A model generated the notes under the pieces. That model saw only the letters and a program-made list of their open reading frames with translations, did not search any database and was not told where the DNA came from. Made by a program: the position numbers and the translations under genes. DNA of 64,000 nucleotides from Acidimicrobiia bacterium (lineage in GTDB: Bacteria; Actinomycetota; Acidimicrobiia; Spongiisociales; ZC4RG35): the NCBI GenBank assembly GCA_046484325.1, contig JAWOJB010000063.1:874-64873 (forward strand), read 5' to 3'. Below, piece after piece: positions 42,083 to 49,457 of the stretch (position 1 is the first letter of the stretch; each line of letters starts with the position of its first letter).

Positions 42083-43104
42083 GCCGCCGAGACGCGGTAA
42101 TCGCTTGCCTGTTCGTCCCAGGAGAGGTCGATCAGACCGCGGGTGGCGGCGGCCTTGACGAACTGGAGAAAGCCGCCGTACCCGAACCGCTTCTCGGAGA
42201 AGTCCGGAGCGCGTTTGCGCAACTGGTTCTTGAGCCCGGAGAGGAGCGGCCCCCCACCGGCGTCCCGGGACGACCGGACGATCTCGGAGAGCAGGGCGAA
42301 GGCATCGTCCTCGTCGGGGCTGGTCTGCAGCCCGACGACCGGGTCGCCCTTGGCCGGTCCCTCGGTGAGCTCGATCACCTGGGATTGCTCGAGGTGGCGC
42401 ATGAGCTCGCCGAAGCTCCGGAACCCGTAGTCGGCCTCGCTGAAGGTGGGATCCTTCCTAAGGAGGGCCCTCTTCAGCGACGAAGCCAGCACCTCACCAC
42501 CGCCGCTCCGCTGCAGGCCGGTCAGCGTGGTGGTCACCAGCTGCTCGAGATCCTCGACCCGGCGGACGTGCTCGTCGGGGGGCGCACCGCCGTCCTTGTC
42601 CTTCGGCTCGCCGGCCGGCGCCCGGAAGTCGATCCCCTCGAGGTTCTCGTAGAAGAGGAACTCGTCGCAGGCCGGTGGCAACAGCGCGGAGGTGGAGGCT
42701 CGGACACCCAGGCCGATCACGCTCTTGTTGAGCTCACGAAGCTTGTGGACGAGCGGGGTGAAGTCCGAGTCACCGGTGCCGATCACGAAGGTCGTGACGT
42801 AGTCGCGCTCGAATGCCAGCTCGATGGCGTCGACCGCCAGCTTGATGTCGGCGGCGTTCTTGCGCACCACCCCCATGCGCTGGGGGATCTCGATCAGCTC
42901 CACGTGGTTTCGGGTGAGCATGCGCCGGTCCTCGTCGAACATCGACCAGTCGGCGTAGGCCCGCCGGGACACCACCCGGCCCCGCTCGGCCAGGGCGTCG
43001 GCGATCGGCCGGAAGTCGAACGGGACTCTCAGCTCGTGCCGGGCTCCGATGGCGAGGTTCTCGTAGTCCAGGAACAGGGCAATGCGTTCTTCATCGGAGG
43101 CCAT
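42079..43104 (-). CDS. NYN (LabA/DUF88) domain protein with two OST-HTH/LOTUS domains
   Basis: 341 aa. ALFLDYENL..NAADIKLAVDA..GTGDSDFTPLV is the NYN core, followed by two repeats of the type FSE.(D/R)(Y/F)G(F/Y).(S/G)F.(E/Q). Confidence 0.8.
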   Translation of the reverse strand: MASDEERIALFLDYENLAIGARHELRVPFDFRPIADALAERGRVVSRRAYADWSMFDEDRRMLTRNHVELIEIPQRMGVVRKNAADIKLAVDAIELAFERDYVTTFVIGTGDSDFTPLVHKLRELNKSVIGLGVRASTSALLPPACDEFLFYENLEGIDFRAPAGEPKDKDGGAPPDEHVRRVEDLEQLVTTTLTGLQRSGGGEVLASSLKRALLRKDPTFSEADYGFRSFGELMRHLEQSQVIELTEGPAKGDPVVGLQTSPDEDDAFALLSEIVRSSRDAGGGPLLSGLKNQLRKRAPDFSEKRFGYGGFLQFVKAAATRGLIDLSWDEQASDYRVSAA

Positions 43105-43222
43105 GAGCCGATGCTAACGACAGGAGCGAGGAGGACACGTACCGACCCGGATTGACATATCGACCCGGGTGGCTCGGAGGGCTTGGTAGGGTCCCGGGCC
43201 ACGCCACCCGGGATGTCCCGAC

Positions 43223-44635
43223 GTGAGCCCGTCCGTCACCGACGTCTTCACGAGTCTGCTGGTCATCGGCCTGCTGCTCGTGACGGCGAAGTGGCTGCGC
43301 TCTCGGATCCGGCTGTTCCGCACGCTCTACCTGCCCGCATCCGTCATCGGGGGAGCCCTCGCGTTGCTGGCGGGCCCGCAGGTGCTCGGCCGGCTCGTGG
43401 GGCGCGCAAACGGACCGGGCGTGCTCGAGGGGGGCCTGGTCCCCTCGCCGGTGCTGCTGGTGTGGGACGAGCTGCCAGGCCTCTTGATCAGTGTCGTGTT
43501 CGCATCCCTCTTCATCGGCAAGCGCATCCCGGCAATCGGCGAAATCTGGCGCATCGCCGGGCCTCAGGTGGCACTCGGCCAGTCGATCGCCTGGGGGCAG
43601 TACGTCATCGGGTTGGTGATCGGCCTGACGGTGCTCACCCCGGTGTTCGGGATGAACCCGGCGGCGGGCGCCCTGCTCGAGATCGGATTCGAGGGTGGGC
43701 ACGGGACCGCCGCCGGGCTCTCGAGCACCTTCGAGGACTTCGGCTTCGCCGAAGGATCCGATCTGGCACTCGGGCTCGCGACGGTCGGGCTGGTGGCCGG
43801 GGTCCTACTCGGGACGGTCATCGTCAACTGGGGGGTTCGCACCGGCCGCATCACCCTCGACGGGGCCGGTGAACCCTCCAGACCCGGTGGGGACGACCTC
43901 GCCGATCTCGACGACCGCGAGCCGACCCACGACGCCGGGGGAGCCACCGACCCGCTCTCGATCCACCTCGGCCTCGTCGCAATCGCCATAGTCATCGGCT
44001 GGCTGCTCTTGCAGGCCCTGGCGGCGGTCGAGAGGCTCACGTGGGGCGGCGACGGCGGGCTGGAGCTGCTCGTACACCTACCACTCTTCCCGATGGCGAT
44101 GCTCGGCGGGGTGCTCCTCCAGCTCGTTCTCGATCGGTGGGCACCTGGGGTACACGTCGACCGTCACCTGGTGAACCGGATCTCGGGGACCGCCCTCGAC
44201 CTGATCATCGTGGCGGCGCTCGGAACCCTGTCCCTGGAAGCGATCGGGGGCAACCTCGGGCCGTTCCTGGTGCTGGCAGCGGCCGGGATCATCTGGAATC
44301 TGGGTGCGTTCCTGCTGCTCGCCCCCCGGATCGTTCCCGAGTACGCCTACGAGCGCGGGCTGGGGGACTTCGGTCAGTCGATGGGCATGACCGTGACGGG
44401 CCTGCTCCTCATGCGCATCGCCGACCCAGCCAACCGCTCGGGGGGGATCGAGGCATTCGGATACAAGCAGTTGCTCTTCGAACCAGTGGTCGGCGGTGGC
44501 CTGTTCACGGCCGCGTCAATCCCCCTCATCGCCCAACTCGGAGCGTTGCCGGTGCTGGTGGGCACCATGGTGCTCCTCGTCTTCTGGATCGTCTTCGGCA
44601 TTCGCCGGTTCGGTCCCGAGGATGGTTCCTCCTGA
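43223..44635 (+). CDS. gltS: sodium/glutamate symporter (GltS family)
   Basis: 470 aa with a GTG start. N-terminus LVIGLLLVTAKWLRSRI.LFRTLYLPASVIGG and FEGGHGTAAG are typical of GltS. Confidence 0.8.
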   Translation: MSPSVTDVFTSLLVIGLLLVTAKWLRSRIRLFRTLYLPASVIGGALALLAGPQVLGRLVGRANGPGVLEGGLVPSPVLLVWDELPGLLISVVFASLFIGKRIPAIGEIWRIAGPQVALGQSIAWGQYVIGLVIGLTVLTPVFGMNPAAGALLEIGFEGGHGTAAGLSSTFEDFGFAEGSDLALGLATVGLVAGVLLGTVIVNWGVRTGRITLDGAGEPSRPGGDDLADLDDREPTHDAGGATDPLSIHLGLVAIAIVIGWLLLQALAAVERLTWGGDGGLELLVHLPLFPMAMLGGVLLQLVLDRWAPGVHVDRHLVNRISGTALDLIIVAALGTLSLEAIGGNLGPFLVLAAAGIIWNLGAFLLLAPRIVPEYAYERGLGDFGQSMGMTVTGLLLMRIADPANRSGGIEAFGYKQLLFEPVVGGGLFTAASIPLIAQLGALPVLVGTMVLLVFWIVFGIRRFGPEDGSS

Positions 44636-44697
44636 CCTCCGGTCAAAGGGACGCTCAAAGGCCTGATATGGGTGCCGCATCCAAGGGTTGGGAGAGC

Positions 44698-45267
44698 ATG
44701 GCGAATCTGTCAGAGCGGTACGACATGATCGAACATATGTTCGATCATGTACCCGCGGTCCGTAACCGCAGCGACCCCTGGGAGGCGGAGTGGGAGGTCG
44801 GTTGGGAGCTCCTGCACGGCTGCCCACCCCCGGTGGAAGGCCACGTGATCCCTCCCGGCCTCGACATGTGGGAACCGGGGCCGGTGCTGGCGGCGATCCT
44901 CTCGTCGATCGAGGTCGATGCGCTGACGGGTCACGATCGCGTGGTGGTCCTGCGGGCCCACCAGCGGCTCGCCTCACACCACCAGGCCGAGTGCCTGCAG
45001 GCCAGGTCGGCGATCACCGACGCCTACCGGGACGAACTCGCCATCGCCGAGGAGGAGTTCGCGTGGGAGGTGGCCGAGGCGGAGGTTCGGGCTGCCCTTC
45101 GTCTCACCCGGCGGGCGGCGTCAAGCGACATGACCCTTGCCCACCATCTCCACCATCGGCTTCCAGAGGTGGCCAGGGCCCTGACCGATGGCGACGGGCT
45201 AGATGCCCGCCGGGGTGGGGATGCTCCCGGAGGAGTTCACCCCGGACAACGGTCGCAGGAAGCGTAA
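44698..45267 (+). pseudogene. truncated DUF222 (13E12-type) gene lacking the HNH nuclease part
   Basis: Contains PPGLDMWEPGPVLAAILSSI, VVVLRAHQRLASHHQAE, EVRAALRLTRRAA and LPEVARALTDG. Homology stops where the DUF222 core would continue, and no HNH motif follows in any frame. Confidence 0.65.
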
Positions 45268-45312
45268 CGTGTCAGAGGTGACCGGTGGGGACACCGCAAG
45301 AAAGGACTCGGG

Positions 45313-45750
45313 ATGAAGAACGTATGGAAGGGAATGACGGTCGGAGCGTTCGCCGGCGCCCTCGTAGGAGTGATCATGGACGTGGTAGAGGGTACCGGAC
45401 GCCGTGCGGCCGAGGTCTCGGCACGAGCAGCGACCGGCGTGTCCACCCGCGCCCGGTCCGGGGCGACACACCTCGCCGAGTTCGTCGAGGAGAAGATCGA
45501 CGAATGGGACGTGAAGGACAAGGTCGACCAGGTGAAGGGCGGAGTCGAACATGGGCTCGAGCAGGCGAAGGACGTCTCTGCCCGAGCCGCCTCGGAAGCC
45601 TCGACGCGCGCCAAGTCCGGCGCCGCTCACATGGCCGACCTCGTCGAGGACAAGATCGACGAATGGGACGTGAAGGACAAGGTCGACCAAGTGAAGGGCG
45701 GAGTCGAAGATGCGGTCGACAAGGGCAAGGAGACCCTGAAGCGGAACTAG
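45313..45750 (+). CDS. small membrane-anchored protein with internal 53-aa tandem duplication
   Basis: ATG preceded by aagaaaggac. Gly-zipper helix GMTVGAFAGALVGVIMDVV. aa 35-80 and 88-132 are near-identical (VSARAA..KIDEWDVKDKVDQVKGGVE). Confidence 0.75.
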   Translation: MKNVWKGMTVGAFAGALVGVIMDVVEGTGRRAAEVSARAATGVSTRARSGATHLAEFVEEKIDEWDVKDKVDQVKGGVEHGLEQAKDVSARAASEASTRAKSGAAHMADLVEDKIDEWDVKDKVDQVKGGVEDAVDKGKETLKRN

Positions 45751-45900
45751 CCCTCGACACGGATTCGCATCCAGAGCGTAAGTCGCGAGCCGGTGATCGA
45801 TCGCCTCTGGGAACTGTGCGAGGACTTCACAATGCAGATGCGGCCGGCGAGCTCTTGGCGCGCCTCTCCTCTCCCTCATTCCCATCCGGCAACCGACAAC

Positions 45901-46141
45901 CTATGACGGATTGACGAGTGCGGTTGCCTCCTCGGCCGTCAGGCCCGATGTCCGGCGGACCGACCCGGTCATGTCGGCGAAGACCACCGTCACCAGCCGC
46001 TCCTCGCCCCGTCGGTCCGACATGACGCCGCGGCGCAGGTCGGCGGGAACCGCCTGGGTCGAGGAGGCGAGCAGGGCACCGGACTGCGAACAGAACCGCG
46101 CCTTCTGAAGGGCTCACCTGACCGCAGGCCTGACAATGCAT
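45901..46141 (-). pseudogene. decayed zinc-ribbon + class III nucleotide cyclase N-terminal fragment
   Basis: MHCQACGQVSPSE in one frame, then after a 1-nt shift ARFCSQSGALL...ERLVTVVFADMTGSVRRTSGL, ending at TAG 45903-45901. Divergent from the intact cyclase-STAND gene. Confidence 0.6.
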
Positions 46142-46201
46142 CGGTGCCGAGGAAGCTACCGACGGCCTCTTCCGCACACCGGTCCCGGTAGCGTTTGCGC
46201 C

Positions 46202-48796
46202 ATGGCGACGGTCACCTTCCTCTTCAGCGATATCGAAGGGTCGACCCGTCTGTGGCAGGCGCACACGCAGGCGATGCCCGCCGCCCTCGCCCGGCACGAC
46301 GAGATCGTGTTCGACGCTGTGACTGCCGCTGGGGGAACCGTCTTCAAGCACACCGGAGACGGGGTGGCCGCCGTATTCGAGTCGGCTCCTGCCGCGCTGA
46401 CCGCAGCCACCGACATACACCGGCGGTTGGCTCCCGAAACCAACCCGGACGTCGGGCCGATCCGGGTGCGGATCGGAGTCCACACCGGCGAAGCCGAGTC
46501 ACGCAGGGACGACTGGTTCGGGCTGACCGTGAACCGGACCGCTCGCATCATGGCCGCCGGCCACGGTGGACAGACCCTTCTCAGCCGGGCCACGGCCGAG
46601 TTGGTCGCCGACCGCCGTCTCGAACTGCGCGACCTCGGCGAGCACCGTCTGTCCGGCCTGGACCGATCCGAACGGATCTACCAACTATGCGCGCCGGGGT
46701 TGTCGGCCGAGTTTCCGGCCCTCACCACCGAGGTTGCCGTCGTTCACCTGCCCCACTCCCTCACCGAACTCATCGGCCGTGACCCGCTGATCGCGCACGT
46801 CCGCAGCAGGCTCGGCGCTGGTCCGGTGGTCACGCTCACCGGGGTGGGAGGGGTCGGCAAGACCACCCTCGCTCTCGCCGTCGCCTCCGAGCCTCCGGAG
46901 GGGATCGAAGGGGTGTGGTTCTGCGACCTGGTCCCCGTCACCGAAGCCGAGCGGGTGGCAGCGACCGTGGCTGCCGCCGTCGGGCTTCCCGCAGACGACG
47001 CTACGCAAGCCGCCGATCGGGTCGCCCAATGGATCGGCGACCGGTCGGTCCTCCTCGTCGTCGACAACTGCGAACATGTCCTCGACGGGGCGGCTCGACT
47101 CGTAGAAAAATTCACCGTTGCCTGTCCAGGCCTCACGGTCCTCGCCACCAGCCGGGCGCCGCTCGGAGTCACCGCCGAACAAGTGATTCCCGTCAGTCCC
47201 CTCGAATCCGACGCCGCCGTCGAACTGCTCCGCCGTCGAGCCGAGGCGGCCGGCGCAGGGAGGATCGATGATCGGCGGGTCGCCGAACTGTGCTCTCGGC
47301 TCGATCGTCTGCCGCTCGCCATCGAACTGGCCGCCGCCCGCCTCCCCCACCTTTCCGTCGACGACATCCTCACCCGTCTCGACGAACGGTTCCGCCTGCT
47401 GTCGGCCCGGCGGGGTGACCCGCGCCACGCCACACTGCTCGCCACCATCGACTGGAGCTACCAACTGCTCGAACCCGACGAGCAGGCGATGTTGAGGACG
47501 GCCGGCGTCTTCACGTCCCGCTTCGACCTGGCGGCGGCGGCCGCCGTCTGGGGCGGTGACGAGTACGACGCCATCGATCTCGTTGGTTCGCTCGTCTCCA
47601 AGTCGCTGCTCATCGCCGAGGTCGACGGCGCCGGGACCACCGGGTATCGGCTGCTGGAGACGGTGCGGGCGTTCGCCCACGAACGCGCCGCCGAACTGGG
47701 CGAGTCCGAGGCCCTCGCCCAAGAGCACGCCGAGCACTACCTCCGCCAGTCGCTCGCCCAACCACCCGTGACCGGCGACCGACAACCGTGGACGTACGTG
47801 CTCGAACAGGATCCGGGCAGGGGATTCCAGGATCCGAACCGTCCGCAGGCGGTGGGTTGGCTCGTCGCGCACGACCGGCTGGTCGACGCCGCACGGTTCG
47901 CCTCGCGGCTGCTGCTCGTCAAGTGGTACCGGCCGGATTCTGTCGAAGGCATCCTCCGCCGCCCGGAGGTGGCGGACATGCTCGACGACGCAGACGAGCG
48001 TGCGCTGTACCTGGCTGCCTCGGCGCTGCAGGCGAACATGGTCGGACGGTGGGACGAGATCCGGGACTTCGCCGAAGCCGCTCTGGCGCTCGAACCCCAT
48101 CCCCACACTGCCGCCATCGCCGCCGGGCTCGCCGCCCAGATGGCCGCCATCCGTGGCGACGACCGGGTGGAGGAGTTCGTGAGCCTGGGATTGGAGCGGC
48201 TGCCGGCCGAAGCGGTCGAACTGCGGCAGTTCCTACGAGAACGGCGCTGTGACGACATCATCCGCCGCAGGCTCGACGACGGGATTCGGCTGCTCGACGA
48301 ACTCCACGCGGAAGGGAGCGTTTGGGCGACGTTCGAGCTGCTGATGTGCTGTGTGCTGACCGGACGTGACCCCGAACCGCTGATCGCCGGCATGACAAAA
48401 CAGCAGCTCGACTCCCAGTTCGGATACCGGGCATCCCTCGCCCGCGCATTCGTGGCCGCGGCAGCAGCCGACGCCGATGAGGCGATCCCGCTGTTGACCA
48501 GAGCGGGAGCCACAGCGCTCCGATTCAGGGGCTCGCTCTTCGAACACGACGTGCTGGTCGGCTGCGCCATACTCGCCGAGGCCCAGGGCCGGTACGAGGA
48601 GGCATCCCGGATGCTGGCGGCGGTGGGCGGAAGCACCCGCACCCCGGCAAGCTTCCTTGTCTACCGCTGGTGCCGTGACCGGGTCCGGGAACGGCTGCCG
48701 CGGGAGCGGGTCGGCGGCCTCCGAGCCGAGATGTCCGGCAGGGACGCGGCGTCGGTGCTGTCCGAGGAACTGGCGCGACTGGGGCGTGAGAGATAG
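46202..48796 (+). CDS. class III adenylate/guanylate cyclase domain + NB-ARC-like STAND NTPase + TPR/helical repeats
   Basis: ATG 46202. VTFLFSDIEGSTRLW..KHTGDGVAAVF..GVHTGEA..NRTARIM is the cyclase domain. P-loop GVGGVGKT, LLVVDNCEHV, PLAIELAAARL. The C-terminal ~400 aa are helical. Confidence 0.88.
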   Translation: MATVTFLFSDIEGSTRLWQAHTQAMPAALARHDEIVFDAVTAAGGTVFKHTGDGVAAVFESAPAALTAATDIHRRLAPETNPDVGPIRVRIGVHTGEAESRRDDWFGLTVNRTARIMAAGHGGQTLLSRATAELVADRRLELRDLGEHRLSGLDRSERIYQLCAPGLSAEFPALTTEVAVVHLPHSLTELIGRDPLIAHVRSRLGAGPVVTLTGVGGVGKTTLALAVASEPPEGIEGVWFCDLVPVTEAERVAATVAAAVGLPADDATQAADRVAQWIGDRSVLLVVDNCEHVLDGAARLVEKFTVACPGLTVLATSRAPLGVTAEQVIPVSPLESDAAVELLRRRAEAAGAGRIDDRRVAELCSRLDRLPLAIELAAARLPHLSVDDILTRLDERFRLLSARRGDPRHATLLATIDWSYQLLEPDEQAMLRTAGVFTSRFDLAAAAAVWGGDEYDAIDLVGSLVSKSLLIAEVDGAGTTGYRLLETVRAFAHERAAELGESEALAQEHAEHYLRQSLAQPPVTGDRQPWTYVLEQDPGRGFQDPNRPQAVGWLVAHDRLVDAARFASRLLLVKWYRPDSVEGILRRPEVADMLDDADERALYLAASALQANMVGRWDEIRDFAEAALALEPHPHTAAIAAGLAAQMAAIRGDDRVEEFVSLGLERLPAEAVELRQFLRERRCDDIIRRRLDDGIRLLDELHAEGSVWATFELLMCCVLTGRDPEPLIAGMTKQQLDSQFGYRASLARAFVAAAAADADEAIPLLTRAGATALRFRGSLFEHDVLVGCAILAEAQGRYEEASRMLAAVGGSTRTPASFLVYRWCRDRVRERLPRERVGGLRAEMSGRDAASVLSEELARLGRER

Positions 48797-48822
48797 GGGA
48801 TCTGCCCCGCTGACCGCCCCCT

Positions 48823-48845
48823 GGTCCAGCCTGAAGGGCTGGACC
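48823..48845 (+). terminator. stem-loop 27 nt after the cyclase-STAND stop
   Basis: GGTCCAGCC-tgaag-GGCTGGACC (9-bp stem). There is no U tract, so intrinsic-terminator function is uncertain. Confidence 0.4.
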
Positions 48846-48915
48846 GGTCCCCCCAACACGACCTCCCGTCGCTCGGCAGCGAGGGACAGTTTGCTTCTCC
48901 CCCAGCCGGGGGGAG
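48846..48915 (+). repeat. degenerate copy of repeat family A (head + H1-like + H2-like hairpins)
   Basis: GGTCCCCCCAAC (10/12 match to the head), a hairpin CCC-g-TCGCT-cggc-AGCGA-GGG at 48865-48885, then agtttgcttc-TCCCCC-agccg-GGGGGA. Confidence 0.5.
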
Positions 48916-49343
48916 CTCTCGACGTGGGTGGTCCGGTCGAAGAAATCCTTCACACGCTCGCGGATCGCTTCGATGCTGTTCCCATCCTCGTCCCCGGCTC
49001 TTGGCGATGAGGATGTGGGCGTCAGGTGCAGCCCCGTCGTCGACGAGGTCGGCAAGAACCAGCTGTCCATGCTCGCCTGGCAGACCAACCGCAACGCCCA
49101 AACCGAAGCCGTCTTCGCACCCAAGCGCGTCGACAACGCCGACCCCGGGCCGCCGCTCCAACACACCGGCTAGATCGATCCCCCAAAACCCCGACCGGAC
49201 ATCAAGACGTAGAGACGCGCCCTCGATGCGTCTCCGGGCAGACCCGCCAGCCTGACACCACCGAGAACCACCCGCACCCCACCTATCCTGACCCATGAGA
49301 CTGGAACCGCGCCTGGTTTCCAACCGCGTTTCCAACCCATCCC

Positions 49344-49416
49344 GCCCACGTAGCTCAGGGGATAGAGCAACTGCCTCCTAAGCAGTAGGTCACAGGTTCG
49401 AATCCTGTCGTGGGCG
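49344..49416 (+). tRNA. tRNA-Arg (anticodon CCT)
   Basis: Cloverleaf read by hand. Acceptor GCCCACG/CGTGGGC, D arm GCTC-AGGGGATA-GAGC, anticodon stem ACTGC/GCAGT with loop CTCCTAA, T arm ACAGG-TTCGAAT-CCTGT. CCA is not encoded. Confidence 0.9.
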
Positions 49417-49457
49417 CCCGAGGTGCACCCCGCCCCCGACCGCAATACGCTGCAGAC

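Noticed and set aside
48928-49173. 81-aa plus-strand ORF (MVRSKKSFTRSR...)
   Set aside because: No recognisable family and no convincing ribosome-binding site. The opposite strand shows at least as much coding-like character. The region is left unassigned.
49417-49457. Integrase or prophage next to either tRNA gene
   Set aside because: No tyrosine or serine recombinase motifs appear in any frame within 2 kb of tRNA-Arg or tRNA-Thr, and I noticed no duplicated tRNA 3' segment.
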